NCBI GenBank assembly: GCA_965153455.1
Contig: OZ234493.1
Location: 806,001-870,000 of the forward strand
Source: Sphagnum compactum
Taxonomy: Eukaryota
DNA: 64,000 nucleotides
Reading direction: 5' to 3'
In this document: piece by piece, positions 13,201 through 26,939 of the stretch
How the letters are laid out: every line of letters begins with the position of its first letter
Position numbering within the stretch: position 1 is the first letter of the stretch
Notes under the pieces: model-generated
The model's input: only the letters and a program-made list of their open reading frames with translations
What the model was told of the DNA's origin: nothing
Database searches by the model: none
Position numbers and translations under genes: made by a program

Positions 13201-14277
13201 AACAAACGCATCCGGGCAGCTGGCCCATCTACAGATTGCCATGGCATCTTGATAATTCTAAACCATGTGACATGGACTTACTATGAAAGAAGATGGCAGA
13301 GTGATCCTCTGTCCGATGGCAGCAGCGCTATTGTCACCTGCAGCGATGGCGTCTTGAAGGCTTTGATAAAAATTCGCACGAAGTTTTTTTTGATTCAGGC
13401 GCAGGTACTTCAAGCGGTTTTTGTTCGATAGTCGCATAAGCATCCACAATGTATTGATGCCTCAATCGGTCACCCCGAAGCAATGCAATGTCATCAGTGT
13501 CTCGATGTTGAAGTCGATAACCATAAAATTTTGCCATTGTCACATTGTAATGTTTTCTTTGAAGCTTAGATTCTTCCGCATGTCTTCATCCAAATCTACA
13601 TCAGCAACAACACCATTGAGCGAAATATTCGGATGCCATCCATCCTCACTGTAAGGAAATAACAACGGATAATGTAAGCCATGTATCCCACATGTAGTTC
13701 GGAAATGCGCTGAAATGGGCCAGCAAAGTGAATGCCAATACCGAATTGTAGATGCGAATCTGATCTCGAAATTTGACGACACTACTCTCTTTGCTGGTTA
13801 AAAGAACTTCTAGCTTTGCGGTGTTGCATGAAGATTCGGCAACAGAACTTTACCATTCTCGCAACACAGAGAAAATTGTGGGTTGTTGTTCCTCAACTTT
13901 GCCGATCGTTTTTTTATCCACATTTTCGCGCTGCAGAATCCACATATTGTGTCCATTTCTCCACAATCCCATCGTCACAGGGCTGACGCATCTTCGTCTC
14001 CAAACAATTGTAATGCGTCATTGCAAAGATAAGGCTGTTCACGTTGCTTAGCACACCGTTATCTCTGTAGGCGATTATGACGTTCATGTGCAGATTCTAA
14101 CGTGCCTTGATTGAATTCTGTTGGAACATCAATATGTGGAACATGATTTTCCAAAGAGTCAGTTTGCTCGTCATTCCATTGAGCTTCTAGGTGTTGTCGA
14201 AGGGCCGTCAAAGCAGCCAAAGCACTACCATGTTGCGCAATGAGTGCACACATACGTTCTTGTATGTCTTCGGGCAT
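10208..14277 (-). pseudogene. Helitron RepHel (HUH/Y2 Rep + PIF1-family helicase) with many stops and frameshifts
   Basis: LHYPLLFPY, VEFQKRGLPH (HUH motif frameshifted at ~12995), MMHGPCG, NRWVVPHN, KYLFKYVYKG, Walker [71 protein letters not shown]. In-frame stops separate the ORF-track pieces. Confidence 0.95.
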
Positions 14278-15998
14278 CTTGGGGCGAGGGGCTTATCCTG
14301 CACTCTTCTGTGATGGTGCCGTGTGTGTGGACATTGTTGAAGTCTAGCTACATCAACTGAAAAATTGTGCAGGCAACGCTATTGGTGTCGAAATGTGAGC
14401 CAAAATCAATTCCTAGGGTGGCGGAGGAAATGAAAGTCCATGGCTTATTGGTTTGTACTTTGTACACATGCACCCACACACACACATTCGTCAACAACTC
14501 CACTTATGACTCCTTTTTCCTGAAATCTACAATGGATTGAGAGAAAATATATAAACCTCAAAGTGAATTCTGCAGCTTTCACAGGAGCATCTGTTACAAT
14601 ATCGTCAAGCTCTGCTTGCTTCCTGCATAACACTAATCCTCCCTTCCAAAGGTTCAGCACAGTTCTAACCTAGACACAAAATCAATTAGGTAATCAAATA
14701 GGTACTTGCACAATACTGGAAATATCTTGGAGTGTTTTTAGTCACACTGACTGACTATAAGGGCTGTCATCTGATGTCGAATGCTTATGGACCCCATCTC
14801 CTCGTTTTCACAGCTGATTATTAATTACACTTGATACCTAATTGAACTTCATCGAAGATACTTTCATTTAAAGAAAAATCCCTTTTCCATTTGTTTCTTG
14901 TTGTTGTGTTCTGTTGCAGTGAAATTTGCTAGGTGGCATAACATCAACCCTTCCATCCATTTCCAACTGGCCTCTCTGAATATCATAAAAAGACAGTCAC
15001 ACAAAAATCTCCGTATAAAGATGATGGTTAGATGGATTGATTTTCTGAATTGGAGTGGGTGCACAAAAAATTCATGATTTTCCAAACTGGAAGCAGCCAA
15101 AGAAATGGCTAAATTTGGAACTACCCACAAAAAAATTAATGGATCAATTTATTTCCAATTGCAATGTGCACATCAATGAAAATGAAATGAAATCTACAAT
15201 GGATTGAAAGAAAATATATTAACCTCAAAGCAAATTTTGTAACTTTCACAGGATTGATTGGGTTACGTAGACCTAGAAGAGCTGTCCACTGTGCCTTGTA
15301 AGTAGTGGCTTTGTTTTGGCGATTTATTTTTTTTGGAGAAAGTGAAAAGAAAAAGAAATTGATTTTTAATGACTTTTTCACCATTTTTTAAAATCAAAAT
15401 AATTAAATTAAACCACACCTAGACCTAGGCACTTCACCACTTGTAAGAGCACTTTGGTAAAAAAAATGCTATAGCCGCAGTGGAACAGTCACCATTTAAT
15501 GCTAGTTAATGTTGAGGATACTCGCGATTGGATCTGCTTGATGAATTTGGAAGAAAAAAAAAACCCTGCTTGTAAAGGGATTGAAAAATAGGCTCCCCCA
15601 AAAAAAAGACTTTTAATTATAGAAAAGAAGACCACAATACTATTTCTATAGACCCTCAGAAGCATAAGACATATGATCCCCATGCTGTGAAGGCAGCTAT
15701 ATAAAATGGTTTTGGCCTAGCATTTTTTCACAGTGTGCTGAGGGTGGTAAAAGTTACAGCAAAGATTGTGCACCTGCCAGAGGTGTGTGCACATTTGCCG
15801 TAATTGCAGGTGCACCTGCCAGAGGTGCACATTTGATTGCAATTATGATGAGCCAAAACTATTTTCCTGAGCCAAACCGGCATGGTTTGGCTTTTCTTCA
15901 TCCAATTTTAGTGTGCATGATCACATGGTGATCACTGCTGGAGATGCTCTTAGAACTATAATTGTTTGCAGAGCTGCTGGTTTGCATGTGTTGTTTAC

Positions 15999-16223
15999 CT
16001 TGCCAATCAGGACTTCGTTGGTGAAGGGTCCATAAGTATCAGAGGTATCCAGCAAGGTAACACCCAATTGCTCCACGGCATAACGAATGAGCTCCACCAT
16101 CTCTTCTTCCGGCATTGTGGGTCCGTAGAAAGAAGACATCCCCATACAACCCAATGCTAAGCGGGAAACCTCCAGACCCTGAGAACCCAACTTCGTTCGT
16201 GGCACTGGCTGCAACAACGCCAT
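15999..16223 (-). pseudogene. Aldo-keto reductase (plant AKR / IN2-2-like), exon 1 only
   Basis: [30 protein letters not shown]...[22 protein letters not shown] then donor gtaaac. 75 open codons, but I found no downstream AKR exon in the window. Confidence 0.85.
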
Positions 16224-16376
16224 CGCTCCCAACCCTAAAAAAAAACTCTCTATCTTGTAGGAATTTGTGTAGTGTCTATCTCTCTCTATCACCGTCGACG
16301 GATCCACGCGGAGACATGGGGGAGAGCGAGCAGTAGGCAGAGAGACCCTAATTGGCATGCTTCTATTTTTAAACAG

Positions 16377-16565
16377 ACGGATGGCGGGATGGATGAAATG
16401 TCCGTCCGACTTAAATACACGAATGGCGGGATGGACGAAATGTCCGTCCGACTTAAATACACGAATGGCGGGATGGACGAAATGTCCGTCCGACTTAAAT
16501 ACACGGATGACGGGATGGATGAAATGTTCATCCGGTTGGATGACAAGACGAATGACGGGACGGAT
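16377..16565. repeat. 42-bp minisatellite, ~4 copies
   Basis: acg(g/a)atggcgggatgga(t/c)gaaatgtccgtccgacttaaatac at 16377, 16419, 16461 and, degenerate, 16503. Confidence 0.95.
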
Positions 16566-18507
16566 TAAGGGGAAGCTTCATACGTCCTTTACTATATGTA
16601 ATACACTAACACATTGATATACAAATATATTATATCTAACACAAAGATATTTTATTTTGATATCTTTGATGTATGACATTTCAAACGGTATGATGTGGAT
16701 AATTGCATATGAAAGTATCACAAGTTCATGACTTACAAAATCTTGAAAACTTTGTCAATTTAAAATACATATTATACAATAAAATATGCCACTATACATT
16801 GTAATATTAAACTTATTAGTTTTAAGAACTGCACTTCAAAGTATCATCTTATCATTAGAAATTCAATTAACAATATCATGGAAAGAAACTTCAATATAAT
16901 CATAGATGGAAAATAAAATCCCACATTTTGCATTAATACATGTTGCTATCGGACAATAAAGATGAATTACTTCAAATACTACATTACCAAACTCAATTAA
17001 CAATATTCAAATTCACTCAAATTGAAGTTTAATCCCCAGACAATTCAAATTTTGTATTATGAGGGATAACTACATCCACCCTAAATTGGAAACATCCACC
17101 ACTAAATTGCATTATTGAAATAGCCATTTTTTCATGTTCCTCAATGAATTTTTAAGTTTTTTTTTAATAATTTAAAATATCAAATGTGCCACTTTAGCAT
17201 TCACTCAAGATCTATACCCACAAATTCAATTTAATATGAGTAAGCTTGTAGGTTGAAACATTACATTTATGATGATACGCTATAATTTGGTGTGCAACAT
17301 ATTACATTATTTAAATTGATACATTAAATAACTAAATTTTCAATGAAAAATCACATTTTAAATAGATTAAATATATTGCATAATGTATTTTTTGGATGTT
17401 ATATTGTTCAAACACTAATATATCAACATTTTAATGTTATTGACCAAAATTAAAAATTTAAAACTACATGGAAACCTTTAAAAGTTGGGGAAACACTGCA
17501 CAAATTGCATAATTTGAAGGAAAAAAATGGTCCATAGAATTAATATCAAATGTTGTCAATATTGAATGGTTGATTTAGAAGTTGGTTTCAAATGATCAAA
17601 TGGTTTTTGGATGTACCACAACTATATTTTTTCGTATAATATTGTCATGTTTTCATATAATCCAAACCTATAAAATTTCATGAAAACATGATGAGGTCTA
17701 CAAGTGCCTATTCATGGGTGAAAATTATTTTCATTTTATTTTTTTCTTGAGTTGTTTTGTTTCATTTGATTTCATTACAAGTTTGCATTCTAGAGTACAA
17801 CATTATAAGTTTTACCATTCCTAAAAATCATTTTTTGAATTTTGAAATTGAATAAAAGAGTTTAGAAAATAAAGAAAATATGTACAAGCAATTGCACATT
17901 AAACCTTTATCAATATAACAAAATGTCAAAAACACATTTTATAAGCTTTGTAAGTGTACCGTGCAAGGTTTTAAAATAAAGGAGCTTCAAAATAAGTCCA
18001 CAAAATGGAAATTAAAATATATGCCACACAATTGAACACAAAAAAAAAATTCCACATTATTACAATGGATACAATACAATGATTTTATAACACATATATC
18101 TAGTTACATTGATACATTAAAAACTTGAAATAAAAAAATCATTAATATAAAGAAATATTAGACTTTCAAAAATTGTTAATGCATGTGTGAACATGTAGCA
18201 AATAGCCAAGTTCACTGACTATAGATAGTATGTAGGTGGGAAAAAAGGAAAATCTTACAATAAATTTTGTTATCACAAACATTTTTTTGAATTGATTGTT
18301 GTAAGAAATCACCAACTTGTTATTACTTTTTATTTGTTAGTAATTCCAATAACATGAATTGACTTAAGCTGTGAAAAATACACAATTGATCAACAATGTT
18401 CATATTTCTTGTCACTACACATATACAAATGCATTTGAAACAAACATAACAAAATTGAACTTTACTTGTGATACATTGTATCATAGCCATTTCTTAAGTT
18501 GATTATC

Positions 18508-18665
18508 ATGTGCACAATATGAACTTGAGTTTGGGTTGGTTGCCATGTGCACAATGTGAACTTAAACTCAAGTTGGTTACTATATGCACAATAAGAATTT
18601 GAATTCAAGTTGGCTACTAGGTGTACAATGTGAACTTGAACTTTGGTTAGTTGCTATGTGCACAA
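18508..18665. repeat. ~37-bp minisatellite, ~4 copies
   Basis: tgtgcacaat.tgaactt.a.t...gttggtt.c.a repeated. Confidence 0.8.
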
Positions 18666-19444
18666 AACATAAATTAACCAATTGCTTTTTTTGGGTGGAA
18701 TTTGAAGGTAATGAAAATCTCATAATAATAAACAAACATTCATTAACTCCCAAGGAAGAACAAAACGCAATATCTTACACTCAAGTTGCATTTCTTTTAA
18801 ATTTTATTTTTAATCTACCTTTGACATGATGGATGATTTTACATATTTAGCAATGAAATTATTTGAAGAAAATCGAATGTGACAACATTCTTAGCAACAT
18901 CACTCACCTTTACATGGTCATTGTTGTTTGACTTTCAAAAGAAATTTGAATGTTGGAATTGTTCTTGTTTGAAATTGATGTTGAGAAAAATAAAAGGCAC
19001 AAGAAAAAAAAGAGGGAAAGCAAACAAAAGGGGGTGTTCAAGAGTTGTTTTTTTTTATCCTTCTCTTTACCAAATATTAACTCTTCTTTTTTTCCTTGTT
19101 CCTTAACTCTCTAGCATGTGAAAAATTACATAGACACCCATCCAACAAAAATAAAATAAAATACTCAATTTGCAAACAAAAATTTTCACCCAAATCCTAA
19201 AGATTAAAATAAATTTACAATGACATAATTAGTTTGTAAAAAAATGAAACCAAGAAGTGCAAACCTTAGCCACCTTTGAACCCTAAGAAATTCATCATGG
19301 TCATAAGTATCTAGATGTAGTAAAATGCAATTGCGGCCATTACACAAATATTTGATACACTGTTGGCTGGATGCAAAGTTACCCCATGAATTTTCCCAAT
19401 AGGGAAACTAATTTTATCTTTTCCCTCTCCATTTTCAACTTTTT

Positions 19445-19960
19445 TGGTGTTTTGAGGTCTTTTGATGGGTCTAAACCGATAGATTTTCCCTCCAAAATGG
19501 TGCAATGTAGGTTTAGCCTCAATTTGCCACTTTTTGGTCTTGGACCCTTCGTTTAAAGGCCATGTGTCTAATTTATGGCTCTCAACCAATAGGGTTGCTC
19601 TATTTCATTGGACCCTAGGCTTCGGACCCTTATCTAAGGTCCATTTTAGAGGAGGGTCCAGGGTCCAATTTCCTAGGAACCAATTTGGACTGATTTGAAG
19701 CAAATTGAATCCTTGAGTTGGACTGTACCTTGGTCCCTAGCCTGATTCTTGGTTCTCCAAATCAGGAGCTCTCCTTTCGGCACTGTTTTTTGGTCGGAAC
19801 GAATTGGTTTTCCCTCCAAAACAGGTGCCATGTAAGTTTAGCCTCAATTTGCCACTTTTTGGTCCTGGACCCTCGTCTAAAGGCCTTGGGACCAATCTAA
19901 AGCTTTCGACCAATAAGATTGCTTGAATACATTGGTCCCTGGACCTTGGACCCTAATATA
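19445..19960. repeat. Direct repeat (~325-bp period) rich in GGACCC/GGGTCC motifs, possibly a TE remnant, upstream of NAPRT
   Basis: gtttagcctcaatttgccactttttggtc(t/c)tggaccct at ~19511 and ~19835. Confidence 0.7.
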
Positions 19961-20305
19961 AAGTCGCCCTAAAGCGGCCCTAATAAAGTATGACAACTCA
20001 TGCAATAATACCATAAGTAAAAACAAAATGGAAATGCAAGAGATGACCCCCCAGTACAAGTACTTTTGTACTGTCTGCAATAAGGACCCATTGCTGATTT
20101 AAGGTCCTCTAGAGAGCAAGAGGAGCTTCAGGTCTTATCAACTCGTTTAAGATCGCTAGTGTCCATTATTTGTGGACAGCGCTCAAGTCTTGGAAATTTG
20201 GTTTCGTGGGCGTTGTTTCTGTGAGAAAGGAGGGTGGACATTTTGAGCTGTGTTTGTGCAATTTTAGCGAGAGAGAGAGAGAGAGAGAGAGAGATTGTTG
20301 TAGCG

Positions 20306-23300
20306 ATGGCGGATTCGGAGGTTTCGAGAAACTTGGAGCGACTTGTGCAAGAAAAAGCGGAGAAGGAGGAGACGGTGAAGGAAAATGGCCAAGTAGTGGC
20401 AGACGGGACGATTGTGATGAATTTGGAGCCTCCCACAAATCCCATGGTCACTTCCTTGCTCACTGATATGTATCAGATCACCATGGCTTACGCGTACTGG
20501 AAGGCTGGCAAAGAGAATGATCGAGCTGTGTATGATCTCTCTCTCTCTCTCGCAACACCTATCTCTTTCTTTCTTTCCTTCTTCTTCTCCTTTTTCCTCT
20601 TTTTTGCGAATTGTAAATTAGCAGCTGCATCCAACACACAATTGGAAGGTTTCTGTGTCTTTCTCAATGATTTTCTTCTTACAACCCTAATTCTCTGTAC
20701 CCATTTGGTGTGGGGTTTAGTATTTCCTTAAACCCTAAACCAGCAAGGCAGCATGAATGTTTTATTTCTTCCTGAGCTGGGTTTTTAACAGGATTATAAA
20801 GTCATCTCTGGACATTCTAAATGGTAGAAAAAGAAGTTTACACACCTTAGATACCATTCAGAAGATGCATGTGGAACAAACACAATATAATTCTGACCAC
20901 TCTGATTTCTAGGTTTGTGCATGATTTGCTTTGCTTTGCTTTGCAACTCCAGGTGTAATGCTCAAATTCAGGAAGAGTCTGAAATGATTCCAACTTCTTC
21001 TTCTTCTTCTTCTTCTTATGGAACAGCACAATTGTTGTTCTGCTATGGATTTCATAGAAATTGTGAGGGACGTAATTTCTAGGTCAGGGAATGAATGAAT
21101 GAAAGAAAGAAGAAAGAAAGAATGAAGGACTTGGATTTCTCCTTTTCAAAAGAGTTGATGGTTTTGAACTTTGTCATGGATGGGTTGTGTTGCCCAGCTT
21201 TGACTTGTTTCACCGCAAGAATCCATTTGGTGGAGAGTACACGGTTTTTGCTGGGCTAGAAGAGTGCATACGCTTTGCTGCAAATTATCATTTCAAGGAA
21301 GATGAAATATCATTTCTTCGGAGCGTTTTGCCTTCCACTTGTGAGGTCAGTAGATATATGATCATCTTTTTTTTTCTCAGCAACAGACCTTTTTTAGTTC
21401 TGAATTTTTATCCTCTTCTGAATGTTATTGTTAGTCAGTTGTAGAGTGAGCAGATGTGAAGGGTGGGTTTTGAATCTTGGGCTTGATTGCTTCAAAGATG
21501 TGCAGACAGTTTTTACCTCATGTTGATGATGTATGCCATTCAAAACTGCTGCGTATGTGGGTGGGTTTGCAGGAGGGCTTCTTTTCATACTTGGCAACCA
21601 TTGATTGCTCAGATGTTGAAATCTATGCAATGCCCGAGGGTTCTGTAGTTTTCCCAAAAGTTCCATTGATCAGAGTGGAAGGTCCGCTTTTGGTAGGTCT
21701 GCAACAACTGACTTGTGACCATCTTCTTCTTAAATTCATTGCTTTAAGGACAGCTTGTTTCTCTTTTTCTATTCTCGAATTTCAGAAGTGGATTACATTT
21801 CCCCCATGAGCTTTGCATAGGGTTGACTAGATGTTTTAAGAGCAACCATACTCACATTAGTCTACTGCCAATTCCTGGGCTTGACAAAGTGAGGATTTGG
21901 GTACTGAATACATACCCCTTTGTTCTGCTTGTGCTTGGCTTTGAGATTCTAGAATTAGGTCTGAAATTTGAACATGAGCCTTTTACTGCATGTGACAGAT
22001 TGCACAGCTTTTGGAGACCACTTTTTTGACACTCGTCAATTATGCATCGTTAGTAGCCACTAATGCTGCAAGACACCGCAGGGTGGCAGGCAAGGACAAA
22101 ATCTTACTTGAATTTGGGTTACGTCGTGCTCAGGCAAGTCCTCCTTTTGAAAAATTCTTGTGATTCTCTAGAGGCTAATTGCTGTTGACATGGCCATCTA
22201 ATTGCTGTTGAGTCCATGTATGACTGCCTCCAGTGTTGCCATTTTTTATGAATGGTAGAGTTCCTGCTGTCATTCTGTTTTATCTATGGCTAGTGTCAGG
22301 TGAGGTTATATGTAGATTTTCCATGGTTTTCTGTCCCATATTCCATAGATGTGTTTGCTGGCTGAGTTGGGCTGTTTTTTGAGGTCTGTGACTAACCAGA
22401 AGATAAAAGTGAATAAAAATTTTATGAGAGGAAAGAGTGGGCCTGCCATTTGTTACAGGGACCAGATGGAGGTATCAGTGCATCTAAGTATTGCTATCTA
22501 GGAGGATTTGATGCAACCAGGTAAGTACTCATTGTGTATGGTTCCTTGTTCTTTAAGCATCATGTAACACAAGGAGATCATGAATGTTTAGGATGGTGGG
22601 TGGGTCATCATCATCATCATGGCCTTGTGAATGTGCACACACAGATAGATCAACTTCAATTTTTGAGAGGTTGAGAAGAGACATGGCAGTGCAGTTTAGT
22701 TTTCTCTAAAGCTTTAGCATCCATAAGAGAGACCATATCTGTCACTGGTGATCACAGGTGTTGTGATTCCAGTAGAAAAATCATTCTCATTGCCTACAGT
22801 CTTGTTCAAAAGATCACTCTAGGAAAGGAAGTGTTTTGAGCCTTTTGGATTTCCTGGCAGCAATGTTGATGCTGGGAGACTCTTTGGAATTCCTGTTAAA
22901 GGAACACATTCTCATGCTTTTGTGAGCTCATTCATGGCAAGTAAATGAATTCTCCTTTCCCCCTGATCCCACTTGAATATTTAGTTCATTTCCACACTGA
23001 GACTGGGGATCAGAAATTCAAAAGCAAAGGCGTACTCTGGGTTCCCTGTTTCCATTTGCAATGGATTGAGGCCGAAAACTGAGAAGGATGGAGGATGGAT
23101 AATGCATTTCTAATGTTGATATATCCACATGTTGATAAATCCTGTTGGACACCTTCTGCAGGGTTTTGATGATATCATTGAAAGATCACTGCCATATGCA
23201 GAAGGAGGGAAGATATGTGAAGATTTTGTCCACCTTACACAGCTCTGGCTCAGTCGGATGCAGGTTGCCTTTTCTTTTGCAATTCCCTTACATATAGTAC

Positions 23301-26300
23301 ATATGTCAAGCCTTGGAAATTTCAAAGTGTATATTCTGCTAAAGCCTCTTCCAATTCCAGATTTTTAGATGAATGCACAGAGTGAATATCCTGTATAGTA
23401 GAACATGACACGCTCTGTGCTACCCATCTATGCTGCAGGGCAAGCCATCACTAAGAGATAATTTCCATGAGACAAATCCAAGTGAACTTGCTGCTTTTTG
23501 TTCCTATGCCCTTGCATTTCCTACTGCCTTCCAAGCTCTTGTTGACACTTATGATGTAAAACTCTGAACCCTATTCTTGTCAGCCTCCTTAGTCTGTCTT
23601 GGCTTGCCCTTTTGCTCTATGATTGCTTTGTCTGATGACTGCTTAGTTGGGGATGATTCTATCGATATTGCTAAATTTTAGACTATTTAGGAGTTGTATT
23701 GTGCTTTGAAATTCACAATGATTACAACAGCTGAACTTTGTGATGCAATCCATAAAGTACGGCTTTGTTTTCAATGGAGTGATAGCATGTCTAGGGAATA
23801 ACCAGAAATGGTACTACAGGTCTTGAGAAGTGGTGTTCCAAATTTTTGTGCTGTTGCTCTTGCTCTTCATGACCTTGGGTATGTCTCTCACTTGACACCT
23901 AGAGATGTGCTTGGTATAATGATCAATTCTAGATGCATTAATCTGATCAATCTGATGTTTGTCACAATGGATCTGTTTATCCAACTATTGCATCTCTCAA
24001 TGGCTCCAGGTGGTTTTGGAGTTTCTGAACAATTCTTGAGATTGGTCAGGTATAAAGCACTTGGGATTCGATTGGACTCAGGCGACCTTTCATATTTTTC
24101 TATAGAGACACGCAAGTTCTTCCATTTGGTCGAGAAGGAGTTTCATGTTGTGGGATTTGGGAAGCTGACCATTGTTGCTAGTAATGACATTAATGAAGCC
24201 ACTCTGGATGCCCTCAATAAGCAGGTAAATATCTGTAGCTCTCAACCACTTGTCCTCTGCTGTAAATTCTTGTTAGGTGTAGAAATCCTAAAATCCAAAT
24301 TGTCAGTTCAATCGTCAATCCACATATCATGGTATGGAGAAGATCTCTTTCTGATTGCTCTTGGTCCCCTGAGACACTCTGTGGACAAACATGCGATGAT
24401 CTCTCATCTTTTCTAGGGATGGGGGAGTTTGGGAGATGTAGGGACATGAGGTGGATACGTTTGGAATAGGCACACATTTGGTCACATGTTACTCTCAGCC
24501 TGCACTGGGTTGCGTATACAAATTGGTGGAAATCAATGGGCACCCTCGGATAAAACTTTCAGAAGATCTGAACAAGGTTACCCAAGTCTTCTTCACTCAC
24601 CTCATCTCTTTGTATCTCGTGGTTTTGTCTGCATGTACGTTCCAGACTTTTTATGTCTATGGAGAAGTTCAGACTATTCTCAGACATCTCAGCACTTGTT
24701 GAGCATCTTGTTTGTCTTCCCTTTTCTTTTTGTAAACCCTTTTTTTCTCTGGATTTTAGATGAGCATTGAGGGTGGTCCAATACAAGTATGATGAAGGTG
24801 GATGTGGGGATTACAGGTGACGATACCATGCAAGAAACAATGTTTTCGGCTATATGGCAGAGAAGGTGTACCTTTGGTGGATCTCATGATTGGAGAGAAT
24901 GAAGCGCCACCCCAAGTAAGAATTCCATCTTTACATCCTTTTCAGGTGACTGCAGTGCCATGGTACAAATGTGATGCCTTTTGTAGTGTCCAAGAATGTA
25001 AACATTTGCTCTTGATATTGCCTGTGACATTACCAAATTAGAGGATAAACCCCTGAGCAGACCAACACAATCTGACATGGTTTAGACTTGATCTTAAGCT
25101 CACACTCTTCAACTTGGTCTACCTTGATCTTAAGCCCACAGCCTTCAGCTTGGTCTACTTTCAAAGGGTTCATTCTGTTTGTGGTGAGAAAGCTGTAGTC
25201 AGTGCTGTTGCAGCACCTTCCAAATCTGAAATGGACTGAATTTTATGTCTTTCATTGGGGTAGCCTGGGGAGCGAATTTTGTGCCGACATCCATTTGTTG
25301 AATCCAAGAGAGCATATGTGGTTCCCACCAGAGTGGAGCCTCTTTATAAACGTTATTGGTCATCAAAGCCTGGTGAGCTTTCCATCTATGGATACTATGA
25401 GTAAAATGGAAGAGTATGGACATTATGTAGCTTACTCTGATGAGCGGTTTAGCTACTGTTTGGAGCATTTCCATCTTAATGTGGAACAGAGTCATTGCCT
25501 GCAGCTGTTAATTACCTGATCTGCTGCATCCTTCAACTGTAGCATCTGGAATGAAGTAAGACTGCCATAGGCTTATCCATATGAGGTAGGACCAATAGTG
25601 TTGAGATGTAGAAAGAGAAATGAAGATTGGACATTGGGTTGCACTGTTTCATGATGTGATGTGAATGGCACTCTCAAATGTCCTTTTGTATCTCTCATGA
25701 ATTGAGGTGGATGGCCAGGGGGGAGGGAGAAACTGCCCAGTCTAGAAGACGTGAAGAAGCATTGTATGCAACAACTTGCTGCCATGCGCTCTGATCACAT
25801 GCGTGCCCTTAACCCCACTCCCTTCAAGGTCTGTCACATGTGCCACTATAATTTTATACTGTTTAGTTTATTTATGACGCCCACAGATCCTTGTTACTGG
25901 TATTGTTTTCGAGTTTGTTTTTGTAGGTTTCTTGTGACAGTACAGTGTCCAGTAATTGTGAATCCAAGGTTAATGTCATCACTGGTTTTCAGTCCTTGAC
26001 TTCATAGGCTGTCTATTACAATGCAATATCTTGGAATTGGACATAGCAGCGGTAATAGTTCCCTGTAGGTGTAAGAAATGAGTTGAGCCAGAATTTTGTT
26101 TTATTTTTTGCTTTTATTTTGTTTTGGGGTCAAATTCATTCCCCAAACATGGAATGCTGTTTTGTTGCGATTGGTTTTACGGGTTTTGCCCCAAACATTT
26201 GAGGGCAGTGGTTCATATGTTTGAATGTAGACACAGCAGTAGGAAAAATGCACATGGCTTGGTTAATCGGGTTTTCTTGTGCAGGTGAGTGTAAGTGGGA

Positions 26301-26362
26301 ACCTGTATGATTTCATCCATTATCTTTGGCTCAGTGAAGCTCCCGTTGGTGAGCTTCAGTAA
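20306..26362 (+). CDS. NAPRT: Nicotinate phosphoribosyltransferase, 15 exons: 20306-20529, 21198-21345, 21573-21692, 21999-22133, 22459-22520, 22861-22936, 23162-23263, 23439-23555, 23820-23878, 24050-24224, 24442-24576, 24817-24915, 25264-25372, 25719-25828, 26285-26362
   Basis: [98 protein letters not shown] traced the junctions by hand and they keep frame. Confidence 0.96.
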
Positions 26363-26939
26363 TGGAAATGATTCATTTCCCAACACTTCACATATGAGGC
26401 ACTTTCCAGTGCTTTTGAGATTGGAACCCTGACTTACTGTCAACGATGGTTTCTGTGGCTGCTGAAATGCTTATTTCCTCCTCTTAGTGGGCTCCTTTTC
26501 TCATAAGCTTTGAATCTGTTTCACAATCAGTGAAACTTAGTGCATAGTGTTTTATGTTGGGTGCTTCTCAAGGCAACCAAATCATCTGACATCTGCTGCT
26601 CAGACAACCAAGGCAGATGTTTCTGCAATCTCTGCTCTCACACAACTTTGTCAAATACATGTAGTTCAAGCATGACTTGCAATTGTAAAATTGTAAATTG
26701 TTAATATTTTAGTCTGAATCTGCAAGACTATCTAAGGATATGACCTATCTAGTTTTCTTTGCAATTTGAAAAAGTATTATTATTCCCCTACCTAGCTGTC
26801 TTCACAATCAGAAGAGTTTTTACCAGCCAATACTAAGTGCTACTTTCAACAGGGTTTAGGGTTTATGCAGCATCTAAAAACCATAAGCCCTGAACTTGTT
26901 GTCAATGTTCAAGATTCAAAACTCTAGTCTCTGATCCCA

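Larger units (their letters stand above)
10079..16603 (-). mobile_element. Decayed autonomous-type Helitron; 3' end well defined, 5' end tentative (~14400 or ~16603)
   Basis: Minus-strand 3' end: hairpin cctatgc-attag-gcacggg, then ttcaaaCTAG|T at 10082-10078. It contains Rep and PIF1 helicase remnants. Confidence 0.8.

Noticed and set aside
16377-16565. Regular repeats resembling a CRISPR array
   Set aside because: Head-to-tail 42-bp units without unique spacers, no cas genes, eukaryotic context; it is a minisatellite. The overlapping repetitive ORFs are by-products.
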